From contig CAVQRT010000016.1 of the NCBI GenBank assembly GCA_963715195.1, forward strand, positions 1 to 39,743: DNA of 39,743 bases. Direction: 5' to 3'. This DNA is from Thermodesulfovibrionales bacterium (lineage in GTDB: Bacteria; Nitrospirota; Thermodesulfovibrionia; Thermodesulfovibrionales; SM23-35). Below the pieces are notes generated by a model, which worked only from the letters and a program-made list of their open reading frames with translations, was not told the origin of the DNA and did no database searches. Of this stretch, positions 1-9,679 are shown in pieces. Numbering within the stretch: position 1 is the first letter of the stretch; each line of letters starts with the position of its first letter. The translations under genes and the position numbers were made by a program.

Positions 1-981
1 GAAGCTAAGCGTCTGGTAGATATTGAGAAAATCTGAGGACTTTATAGGGGGAACCCGAAGTTACGCACTTAAAGTACTGAAAATTTATTCCTTACTTACA
101 GGTATTGGAATTATTTTGTTACTACTTATGGGAGTAGATGGATTTCAAGCTATCGTGCATACCCTTGCAGCAGTGTCCACTGGTGGATTCTCAAGTTATG
201 ATAACAGCCTTTTGGGTTTAGGATCATGGGCACCACAAGTCGCTGTTTCCATCATATCGCTCACTGGTGCGCTATCATTCATTCTCTTTCTATCGAACTT
301 ATAGGAAAGGCTGGAAAACATTTTGGAAGGATCTTGAGGTTAGAGCACTGTTCATCTCGGTGCTCATAGTAATGTTATTCCTCTTCTTACTCATGAGGTT
401 CAAGATGGGAATTCCCTTGCTGGAATCACTTCGAAATGCTCCTCTCCTGGCTTTATCAGCCCAAACAACCACGGGTTCTCAGTCCTTTAAATGTGCCAGG
501 GCTTGATCCTGCGGCAAAGCTGATCTTAGCAGTTTCAATGATAGTAGGCGGATGTATAGGCTCCACTGCCGGTGGCTTTAAGATATTCCGTTTGCTCATA
601 CTCATAAAGGTTATGAAGCTGGCTCTTGTTCGAACAAGCCAACCAGAACATGCGGTAATGGAACCGAAGCTTTCAGGACAGAAGATCGGAAATGAGGAAA
701 TACAAAGAGCCATGTTATTAATATTGTTATTTATTCTTATAGTTATAGCGTCTTGGATACCTTTTATCATTATGGGTTATGAACCAATAGATTCATTATT
801 TGAGGTTGTATCAGCAGTCGGTACTGTCGGTCTCTCATCAGGCATTACAAGCTCCGATCTTCCTGCATTGCTCAAGGGCATCCTGTGTGCAGATATGTTA
901 ATGGGAAGACTTGAAATAATTGCACTTTTGATAATACTATACCCGAGAACATGGTTCGGGAGGAGGGTTAAATCGACATGA
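1..981 (+). CDS. trkH: TrkH-family potassium uptake membrane protein, 5' end outside the window, split by two apparent single-base frameshifts (~290 and ~480)
   Basis: Three consecutive ORF pieces carry TrkH pore motifs: VSTGGFS, SAQTTTG(FS), GGCIGSTAGGFK, SAVGTVGLSSG and MGRLE. Stop overlaps the trkA start (ATGA). Confidence 0.9.
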
Positions 982-1619
982 GAATTGCCTTTGTTGGTGC
1001 GAGTAAATTAACGCTAATGACAGCCCGGTACCTTCTTGAGCATAAACATGAAGTGATTATTGTCGAAAGCGATAAAAATGTTATCGATGAACTTTCAAGT
1101 GAACTTGACTGTGGATTTTTGCACGGAGATGGAAGCAGACCAGAACTCCTTCGTGAACTTTCTCCTGAACAAACCGATTTTCTTTTTTGTTTAACTGAAA
1201 ATGATCAAACCAATATTATCGCAAGTCTCGTTGGGCGTTCACTGGATTTTAAAACAGTGATAACGAAGATTGAAAACCAGGAATTCGAGCATATCTGCAC
1301 CGAGTTAGGATTAGAGCATACGATTATACCAACACGGACAATCAGCCGCTTCCTTATTGACATGTTATCAGGGAAGGATATTCTGGAGCTTTCAACAATG
1401 ATAAAAGATGAAGCCCGATTCTTCAGCTTTATTGCCCGTGATGAAGATGAACAGGAGATTAGTGCACTACAATTACCTGAAACAGCGCACGTGATCTGCT
1501 ATTACCGTGAAGGGAAATTTATGCTTGCTGACAAAGACGACAAGCTAAAAAAGGGAGACGAAGTTGTTATCCTTACGCACAGCAAGAATCTGCCATCTCT
1601 TAGAGAACGTTGGACATAG
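978..1619 (+). CDS. trkA: TrkA-family potassium uptake regulatory subunit (TrkA-N + TrkA-C)
   Basis: Rossmann-like N-terminus, GDGS motif, DQTNII, C-terminal LKKGDEV; coupled to trkH. Confidence 0.9.
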   Translation: MRIAFVGASKLTLMTARYLLEHKHEVIIVESDKNVIDELSSELDCGFLHGDGSRPELLRELSPEQTDFLFCLTENDQTNIIASLVGRSLDFKTVITKIENQEFEHICTELGLEHTIIPTRTISRFLIDMLSGKDILELSTMIKDEARFFSFIARDEDEQEISALQLPETAHVICYYREGKFMLADKDDKLKKGDEVVILTHSKNLPSLRERWT

Positions 1620-1740
1620 GATATATCCTTGCAACTGTGTAAAGGGACAAAGGATACAGTAGAAATAGCATTTTACTCATAAGCCTAAAATATAAAATTT
1701 CACATTTACATAATACATAGATTTTTCTAAAGCTAAAGAG

Positions 1741-2649
1741 ATGGAAGACTTCATAACCAAATCATTTTCTGATCCTATAGTGCAAAAAATTTTTATTGCT
1801 CTCATTGGCATAATAGTTATAAATGTTATATTCCGCTTACTCAAGAGATATCTCGGTCGTCAAATAAAGGATACAAATAACCGTTACCGGATACGAAAAT
1901 TCATCTCATTCATTGGATATCTTATCGTAATCTTATTTGTCCTCACTACCTTTAGAGCACATTTGAAAGATATCCATATAGCTGTCGGCATAGCAGGTGC
2001 CGGCATTGCTTTTTCACTCCAGGAAGTTATTGTCAGTCTCGCAGGATGGATAGCTATTTCATTTGGTAATTTCTATAAAACCGGAGACCGTGTTCAACTG
2101 GGTGGAATCAAGGGAGATGTTATTGACATCGCAATGCTCCGAACTACTCTTATGGAAATCGGGGACTGGATAGGGGGTGATCAGTACAATGGACGTATTG
2201 TGCGTATTGCCAACAGCTTTGTATTTAAAGAACCGGTTTTTAATTATTCAACGGACTTCCCTTTCCTCTGGGATGAAATCACTGTGCCTGTAAAACATGG
2301 AAGCGATTTTCGACTTGCAAAAGATATCTTTCAGCGCATTTTGAATGAAATTACAGGAGATTTTACGAATAATGCACAAAATGCTTGGAAAGAAATGGTA
2401 AGCAAATACCTTATTGAAGCTGAAAGTGTAGAACCTGCAGTTATTATGATTATCAATGATAATTGGTTAGAATTTACCCTCAGATACGTTGTTGATTTTA
2501 AAAAGCGCCGCTTCATAAAAGATAAAATCTTTACCCGCATCCTTGAGGAATTTGAAAAGACTGATGGTCGTGTAGCCATAGCTTCAACAACTTTCCAGCT
2601 TACTGATGCGCCAGCATTCGATGTCAGAATTACTAAGGAGACAAAATGA
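1741..2649 (+). CDS. MscS-family small-conductance mechanosensitive channel
   Basis: GIAGAGIAFSLQE and YKTGDRVQLGGIKGDVIDI motifs; N-terminal TM helices. Confidence 0.9.
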   Translation: MEDFITKSFSDPIVQKIFIALIGIIVINVIFRLLKRYLGRQIKDTNNRYRIRKFISFIGYLIVILFVLTTFRAHLKDIHIAVGIAGAGIAFSLQEVIVSLAGWIAISFGNFYKTGDRVQLGGIKGDVIDIAMLRTTLMEIGDWIGGDQYNGRIVRIANSFVFKEPVFNYSTDFPFLWDEITVPVKHGSDFRLAKDIFQRILNEITGDFTNNAQNAWKEMVSKYLIEAESVEPAVIMIINDNWLEFTLRYVVDFKKRRFIKDKIFTRILEEFEKTDGRVAIASTTFQLTDAPAFDVRITKETK

Positions 2650-3730
2650 AGGGGCTTTTCCCTGATATTCAAGCTCTATTTGGGCTATAGGCATATTAGC
2701 GGGAGCTGTAATTATAGGATTAGCCCTACACTACATCTTTTTTCAAATTGTTACACGTCTAATCAAGCACACTTCTGTTAATCTGTACGAAGCATTACAT
2801 AAGCAGAGTCAAAGACCTTCACGTGTTATTTTTTTACTCATAGCCATTTATTTTTCTCTCACTTTTACTGAAATCTATCCGAAAGTTAGCGATATCATTG
2901 ATAAAGTTTTTGTCGTTTTTTTGATCAGCTCGATAGCATGGTTTATTATAAAGCTAACGGCTGTGCTCGAGAACCTCATTCTCAGCAAATATGAAGTTGA
3001 TGAAAAAGACAATCTGCAAGCAAGAAAGATATATACCCAAGTTAGAATCATACGAAAAATACTCGTTGTCATTATCATAATAGTCGCCTTATCAGCTATT
3101 CTCATGAGTTTTAAGCAGTTTCGCCAACTGGGTACAGGTATTTTAGCTTCTGCAGGACTTGCAGGTATCATCATTGGGTTTGCTGCCCAGCGCACCCTTT
3201 CAAATCTTCTGGCTGGAATCCAGATAGCTATAACACAACCCATACGCATTGATGATGTAGTAATAGTAGAAAATGAATGGGGGAAAATCGAAGAAATAAC
3301 ATTAACGTATGTAGTCGTTAAGATATGGGATTTACGCCGGCTGATATTACCAATTAGTTATTTTATTGAAAAGCCATTTCAGAACTGGACAAGGGTCTCA
3401 GCGGACCTGTTAGGGACTGTTTACTTATATGTTGATTATTCCGTGCCAGTTGAAGAGATACGGAAAGAATTGCATCATATTTTACAGAACGCTCAATGGG
3501 ATGGACTTGTCTGGGGGCTACAGGTAACCGATACAACAGACAAAACAATGCAACTTCGTGCCCTTATGAGTGCACCAGATGCCTCGAGTGCATGGAATTT
3601 ACGTTGTGAAGTGAGAGAAAAACTCGTTGAGTTCATTCAACAGAAATATCCGAATGCTCTACCAAAATTACGAGCAGAAATACAAGAAAATGATCCCCTA
3701 AAACCAGCTTCTGGTGAAGTCCAAAAGTAG
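2646..3730 (+). CDS. Second MscS-family channel; probable start ATG 2646 with an apparent frameshift near 2665-2680
   Basis: SAGLAGIIIGFAAQRTLSNLLAG and PIRIDDVVIVENEWGKIEEI. The frame stays open and hydrophobic back to ~2666 (IWAIGILAGAVIIGLALH), and ATG 2646 overlaps the previous stop. Confidence 0.85.
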
Positions 3731-3802
3731 TACCGACTGGGAGATCGGATTTCAAACGGCAATCCGTAGGAAGCAGCATTTTTTGAAGTGCGCAGTACTA
3801 TG

Positions 3803-4524
3803 GTATGCCGTGTAAAACGTATGACTTGTTGGTTCAAGTCCGACGGCTGGAATTTGGTAGTTCGCCCGCATAGCTTGAGGGAGGTGTGAAGGGTAACCTG
3901 AAGCACTAAGTTTCCTGACAAAGGCTCCGAAAGGGAGTTGAGCAAACCTGCGGGTCGCAGCGAGTAGCGAACTCAGGTGTAGCCTCGAAATGCACAATGG
4001 AGTTGTCGACCCTCTCATAGACAGGGGAAGACCGACGCATCTATCCTAACAAAAACTACCGTAACCGATAGATGGGCTCCCGGGGTAACAGGGGTGACAC
4101 GCAGGGGAAGCCATACGACAATGAACACGGGAGACCCTTATGGATGTCCCGATACTATTGGGACAACTGGTGGATATAAGGGAACGAAATTCCACTGGGT
4201 CTATAAGGGAGTCGGAGTTGCCCATACTACCGTTTGGATCTCAAAGACAACATAACTGTGAGAGAGGGAAGGGGCAATACCTTCATCGCGTTTCCGAAGG
4301 AGAGAAGGAAATGGAGATTGCGGTAACGCTATAAACTCCTGACTATTCCGGGAACTTCGGAGGAGACTATACCAGAGAGCCAAGCAGAGGAGAATTGTGA
4401 AAGCCTCTGGAAGAAGATGATTGGAAAGCCGTGTGCCCGAAAAGGGCACGCACGGTTTGATGTGGCAGGGGATGGAGAAGTGCTATGGATTATACTGTAG
4501 TAACTCGCCATTCCTTGACCCTAC
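3803..4524 (+). mobile_element. ORF-less (non-autonomous) group II intron, copy 1, 722 nt
   Basis: 5' GTATG. Domain V GAAAGCCGTGTGCCCGAAAAGGGCACGCACGGTTTG (~4424-4459) with AGC triad. Domain VI ends GACCCTAC with a bulged A. EBS1 loop CATAG (4016-4020) is complementary to the 5' exon CTATG (3798-3802). Domain IV holds only an IEP remnant. Confidence 0.92.
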
Positions 4525-4749
4525 TGGACTACGGTACTCCGCGGTGACTCCGTGATATATTGTTCAGAAGTATGCTCGCCCTTCAAAGACTCTCTGGGAC
4601 TTGTATTAGCAATATCAGTAAGCGGATGAATGTCTCAGGAATTCTGCATCTTCCTCCGGGATTGAAGGGTTAATGTTGATGCCTGAACCGATCTCGAAGC
4701 CGGCGCGCGTCATGAGTCGCGGCAATATCTGCAAGTACCAGTGCAATTG

Positions 4750-6108
4750 GAGTGTCAAGATTTTTTCGCACATTTTGTGTGGTGTCCTCGATCTGGCTTC
4801 CATTACGCTGCTGCTAGTTCCCTGAGTTGCTCGTCTATCCGGTCCATCTTCAAATACTGTTTGATACCCCACCTTGTTCCTGCAATGTGCCTGAGTCTGG
4901 CTGCAACAAGCATAAGTGCCGAGTTACCGTCCGGGAAACAACCAACTACCCGAGTACGCCGGCGGATCTCCCTCATAATCCGTTCGAGAGGATTATTGGT
5001 ACGGATACGGAGCCAGTGTTCGCTGGGAAACTCATAATACCGTAATGTCTCCTCGATTCCATCACGAACGATCTCAGCTGCTTTACCCAGTTTCATCTCC
5101 TCAAGCTTCTTAACAACCATCGTCGCCTTCTTCAAAGCCTCCTTCCGATCTTCCTGGGCATGTATTGCCTTCAGCATCGCTACAACTGCTTTCACTTTTC
5201 CCTTCGGTACCACGGTAAAAACATTACGGTAAAAGTGCACCATGCACCGCTGCCATGAGGCCTCAGGATAGAACTCGCCCAATGCCTCTATAAGCCCAAG
5301 ACACTTGTCCGTGATAAAAAGCCTGGCGCCACTGAGCCCGCGCTCCTTGAGATATCTCAAAAAGGCTACCCAACTCGCCTTGTCCTCCTTCGCCCCTTCT
5401 GCTACCCCAAGAATATCACGATACCCGCCCTCATCAACTCCCACGGCCACCAGTACCGCAACAGTCTTTACCTCTCCTCCCCAACTGCGCTTCAGTGCTA
5501 TACCGTCAAGATAGACGTACGGATGACTTCCCTCTATGGGCTTCTTCCTCCACGTCTCAATAGTTTTATAGATCTTGGCATTCAGGTCAGATACGGTACC
5601 CGGACTTACTCTCGTACCCCATAATGCCTCTGTGATATCTTCAACCCTTCTGACTGATACTCCAGCCAGATACATCTGCACCAGCGCTTCTTCTACCGAT
5701 ATCTCCCTGCGCCGATATCGCTCGATCACCGCTGTCTCAAAAGGCAAGTTCCTCAGTTTCGGTACCTTCAGCGTCACCTCTCCAGAACTCGTTTGCAATC
5801 CCCTTGTGTAATGCCCAGCCCTTGTGTCTTTCCGTTGCGGCGTTCGTTCATATCTTTTTGCATTACAAAGCCTGTCAGCTTCTTCACGTAAAAGGGTATT
5901 GAGGGTCTCCTCCACCGCACTCCTCACTACTTCCCCCACATGTGACCTTACTTGCTCTTCGTCAATTTTGATAATCCTTCCCTTTTTTGGTGTACAATGC
6001 GTCTGAGCCATGGTGTGCCTCCTCTGGTTTTTTTGTTTCTGGCGAAACTACATTACCAGATTCAGAGGACACCATGACTCAATTGTGCGAAAAATATCGT
6101 ACGTTATC
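4750..6108 (-). mobile_element. IS256-family insertion sequence, 1359 bp, 6-bp target duplication CAATTG
   Basis: Imperfect terminal IRs (GAGTGTCAAGATTTTTTCGCACA vs GATAACGTACGATATTTTTCGCACA). CAATTG at 4744-4749 and 6109-6114; removing the IS plus one copy restores the galT frame. Confidence 0.92.
4803..6011 (-). CDS. IS256-family (Mutator-like) DDE transposase
   Basis: YVYLDG, FITD, WQRCMVHFYRN and RTNNPLERIMREIRRRTR motifs; 402 aa, intact. Confidence 0.95.
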   Translation of the reverse strand: MAQTHCTPKKGRIIKIDEEQVRSHVGEVVRSAVEETLNTLLREEADRLCNAKRYERTPQRKDTRAGHYTRGLQTSSGEVTLKVPKLRNLPFETAVIERYRRREISVEEALVQMYLAGVSVRRVEDITEALWGTRVSPGTVSDLNAKIYKTIETWRKKPIEGSHPYVYLDGIALKRSWGGEVKTVAVLVAVGVDEGGYRDILGVAEGAKEDKASWVAFLRYLKERGLSGARLFITDKCLGLIEALGEFYPEASWQRCMVHFYRNVFTVVPKGKVKAVVAMLKAIHAQEDRKEALKKATMVVKKLEEMKLGKAAEIVRDGIEETLRYYEFPSEHWLRIRTNNPLERIMREIRRRTRVVGCFPDGNSALMLVAARLRHIAGTRWGIKQYLKMDRIDEQLRELAAA

Positions 6109-7180
6109 CAATTGAGGTTCATTCGCCCTGTAACGCACTGACGTATTGATCACGTAGTTATAATCAGGGTCTCCGAGTTTTTGATAATATTTTGCGAGCG
6201 TATCCCTTAGGATGCTGGTCAGATCTCCTTTCTCAGCATCCGATATGTTTCCGAAATCCGCTTTATGTATCTTGGGCATGATCCAAACTTCAAAGGGCAC
6301 CTCAGCTGCATAAGGCACAAATGCTGCAAATGAGTCATTTTCGGATACAATGCGCTGAACATGATTTAGCTCATATGCAAGCACATCACAGAAAATACAC
6401 TTCCCCCATTCATCGAAATAGTGCTGCGCTTCCTCTTCGCGCCATCGTATGTGATGGGGCACCATTCCGGTTGCAATGATTTGTGAGTGAGGATGAACAA
6501 GTGAAGTACCGGCACGGAGACCGTGATTTCTAAATATGATAATCATCATGTTCTCATCCTGTTTCATGAGATCGACGTATCTCCTATGATAGGTCTCAAT
6601 CACAAACCCAATTTCATCGGCTGCCATGATGCCCAGTTGCCGATTGTGGAAAGGAGTTTCAATAACTACCTCATGATGTCCGTAACCCTGTATTGCAAGG
6701 TAAATACCCCTGGTGACCCGCTCCAGACTGCCCTGCGGTGTAAGAGCCGGGTACTTGTTCGGAACGACCTTTGTCTTCCATTCACCCTTAGTGTCCCTTA
6801 TTTCCATGATTACCGACGGCAACTTATGTTCATTTCCCTTGCAAAATGGGCAGTTATTATCATGTGCCGGTACGTCTGATTTGCTTGCACGCATGTGAAA
6901 GTCCTTGGGTCTCTTTTTTCTCGCAGGTGAATAGATTACCCATTGCTTTGTTATCTTGTTCTGTCGAATATCACTTATTTCCATATACACCCTCCCTGAT
7001 GTTTCATAATTGTCAGCACTTTAAAGTTTTATGTGAACTGCTTATCTATATGAGAATTAGAAGGTTATCATTTCAGAAAGAAGAACTGACCATACATAAG
7101 GATAAAATAATTTATTACAGATGTCCGTTTCAAGATAGATTAAACAGAAGATGACGCTTTCAGTTTTGCGTATTTCTATG

Positions 7181-7900
7181 GTATGCCGTGTAAAACGTAT
7201 GACTTGTCGGTTAAAGTCCGACCGTGGGAATTTGGTAGTTCGCCCACGTAGCTTGAGGGAGGTGTAAAGGGTAACCTGAAGCATTAAGTTTCCTGACAAA
7301 GGCTCCGAAAGGGAGTTGAGCAAACCTGCGGGTCGCAGCGAAAGCGAACCTAGATGTAGCCTCGAAATGCACAATGGAGTTGTCGACCCTCTCATACAAA
7401 GGGGAAGACCGAAGCATCTATCCTAACAAAAACTACCGTAACCGATAGATGGACTCCCGGGGTAACAGGGGTGACACGCAGGGGAAGCCATACGACAATG
7501 AACACGGGAGACCCTTATGGATGTCCCGATACTATCGGGACAACTGGTGGATATAAGGAAACGAAATTCCACTGGGTCTATAAGGGAGTCGGAGTTGCCC
7601 ATAGTACCGCTTGTATCTCAAAGACAACATAACTTTGAGAGAGGGAAGGGGCAATACCTTCATCATGTTTCCGAAGGAGAGAAGGAAAGGAGATTGCGGT
7701 AACGCTATAAACTCCTGACTATTCCGGGAACTTCGGAGGAGACTATACCAGAGAGCCAAGCAGAAGAAAATTGTGAAAGCCTCTGGAAGAAGATGATTGG
7801 AAAGCCGTGTGCCCGAAAACGGCACGCACGGTTTGATGTGGCAGGGGATGGAGAAGTGCTATGGATTATACTGTAGTAACTCGCCATTCCTTGACCCTAC
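7181..7900 (+). mobile_element. ORF-less group II intron, copy 2, 720 nt
   Basis: About 95% identical by eye to 3803-4524, with the same GTATG...GACCCTAC ends and domains V/VI. EBS1 loop variant CATACAA (7393-7399). Confidence 0.92.
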
Positions 7901-8105
7901 TGAAATGTGCTACTCGATAATGACTCATTGGTGCGTTGACTCCAGAAAGAACTGATGGAATATCACAGAAAAGATGAAGGAAATTTCATTTGCTCTTCAT
8001 GCTTTTTTTTTATAAATTATACGAAGGATAAATTCTAGATTTCGGAGGAGATAGATATGAAGAAATTCGTTAGCCTTATGTTACTTGTTTTAAGGGAGGC
8101 TTAGA

Positions 8106-8768
8106 ATGAAAAGAACAGTGGCCCTTCTCTTAATTCTTTCTATGTTAGGTTCTATTGCTGGGTGTGCCTCAATGAAACAGCGTGATACCGGAGCCATTAT
8201 TGGAGCTGCAAGTGGTGCAGTTGTCGGTGGGATAATAGGCAACAAAGCTGGCAGTACTGCTGCAGGTGCTATTGTTGGAGCAGTTGTTGGTGGAGTTGCT
8301 GGAGGCTATATTGGAAACTACATGGATAAGCAAGCTGAGGAAATGAGGCGCGATATAGAAGGTGCTAAAATCGAGCGAATAGGCGAAGGTATAAAAATTA
8401 CTTTTGACTCCGGTGTTCTCTTTGATGTCGACAAAGCCACTTTACGTCCGGATGCAAAAACTAACCTTATAAAACTGTCTGCTATTTTGAACAAGTATCA
8501 AGATACTGATATTTTAATTGAAGGTCATACTGATTCGACCGGATCTGAAGACTATAACATGGATCTTTCGATAAGAAGGGCTCAATCAGTCAGTTCATAT
8601 CTTGCCACCAACAAAGTTTTACCAACTCGTTTCACTGTGGTTGGGTATGGTGAAACTCAGCCGATTGCTGACAACACAACCATTGAAGGACGCCAGCTCA
8701 ACCGCAGGGTTGAGCTGGCCATCATTGCCAATGATAAACTGAAAAAAATCGGTCAAGAGAAAACCTAA
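8106..8768 (+). CDS. OmpA-family outer-membrane lipoprotein with glycine zipper (YiaD-like)
   Basis: Lipobox IAGC, Gly-zipper GAIIGAASGAVVGG, and OmpA_C motifs IEGHTDSTG, LSIRRA, NRRVE. Confidence 0.92.
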   Translation: MKRTVALLLILSMLGSIAGCASMKQRDTGAIIGAASGAVVGGIIGNKAGSTAAGAIVGAVVGGVAGGYIGNYMDKQAEEMRRDIEGAKIERIGEGIKITFDSGVLFDVDKATLRPDAKTNLIKLSAILNKYQDTDILIEGHTDSTGSEDYNMDLSIRRAQSVSSYLATNKVLPTRFTVVGYGETQPIADNTTIEGRQLNRRVELAIIANDKLKKIGQEKT

Positions 8769-8907
8769 ACTCTTTCATACAATTTTTGTTCTTGATTCTA
8801 ATATTAGGGGGCTAGATTAAGAAATCAAGCCTACATGAGTGGTAGAAGAAGCTTTTTTTCTATTGATTTTCGGCAGAAATATTACGCTTCCTGTAAGACA
8901 TCACCTC

Positions 8908-9201
8908 TTATGGTGTCTTCTTTTTAGGCGGGCTTTTCTTGGTTTTTGTTTGTAAACTGCTTTTTGAAGTTTTCTTGGAAGTCTTCAATGGTTTAGCGTC
9001 GGTTTTGCCTGATGCCTTTTCCCTTTTGGTTGCCCCGATAATATTAGCTTCCTGCTCTATTTCCGTAGCATGTCTCTTCAATACAATCTTCTCTGCCTCT
9101 AACCAATCTTCTAAATCATGTCCGTGAGCCATTCCTCTTTTTTCATAAAGTTCGTACGCAACCCTTACAATCTCAACAGATAAATTCTCGATGTTCCCCA
9201 T
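8908..9201 (-). CDS. DUF2934-like small protein with Lys-rich tail
   Basis: AYELYEKRG...HDLEDWLEAE signature; RBS AGGAG upstream. Confidence 0.75.
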   Translation of the reverse strand: MGNIENLSVEIVRVAYELYEKRGMAHGHDLEDWLEAEKIVLKRHATEIEQEANIIGATKREKASGKTDAKPLKTSKKTSKSSLQTKTKKSPPKKKTP

Positions 9202-9319
9202 TCTATTTCTCCTTCTATAAAAATATTATCAGGAGGAATTGTTTACCCACCTGTATTTTCCATAAATAAAACGACCTTTGCTGACTGTTAAAGATTTGGC
9301 TAATCATTACTAATTTGTC

Positions 9320-9679
9320 TTAAGAAATAATCAAAATCTTCTGCTCAATGTCAACCAGTAAAAACATGACATTTCTTGAGATTTTATCTAACTTCTCTAA
9401 CTCCTCCTTTTCAGCATAGATATTTCCAACTTGTTTCAACGATATGATATTCTTGACAGTCCTATGAAGTTCAAAATGTATTTTCTCAAGTTCTTGCACT
9501 TCTGGCATTGTGCCATATTTTTTCAAACCTTTAGAGTATAACCATTTACCCACGTCGCAAGCCTCATGAGAAGTTGCTTGTTCCTCGGTCATGACCGGTT
9601 TCCCTTCAAGAAAGTCATTGAGTTTGACTCTCCAAGATACATGCTTTAGTCTTATGCCCGTAAAATCAGTTTTACTCAC
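9320..9679 (-). CDS. Stand-alone CZB (chemoreceptor zinc-binding) domain protein
   Basis: H-x-x-W, SHEACDVGKWL and H-x3-H give the His/Cys ligand pattern of CZB domains. Confidence 0.8.
   Translation of the reverse strand: MSKTDFTGIRLKHVSWRVKLNDFLEGKPVMTEEQATSHEACDVGKWLYSKGLKKYGTMPEVQELEKIHFELHRTVKNIISLKQVGNIYAEKEELEKLDKISRNVMFLLVDIEQKILIIS

Larger units (their letters stand above)
4615..6984 (-). pseudogene. galT: Galactose-1-phosphate uridylyltransferase interrupted by IS256
   Basis: CPFC, VVPNKYPAL and the HPHSQ active-site motif lie in 6109-6984. The C-terminus QLHWYLQILPRLMTRAGFEIGSGININP...* resumes at 4749-4615 on the other side of the IS. Confidence 0.92.

Noticed and set aside
3788..3802. 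GTGCG at 3788 (TTGCG at 7166) as the canonical intron 5' end
   Set aside because: The two copies differ in the bases after it, and the EBS1 loop CATAG pairs with CTATG directly before GTATG, which places the splice site at 3803/7181.
3637..4511. ORFs overlapping the introns (3637-3945, 3752-4018, 4140-4334, 4201-4449, 4329-4511 and equivalents at 7057-7887)
   Set aside because: Chance frames across structured intron RNA; no RT motifs such as YADD, and frames are not consistently kept between copies.
4615..4872. 85-aa minus-strand ORF as an independent gene
   Set aside because: It is IS256 end sequence fused to the severed galT C-terminus.
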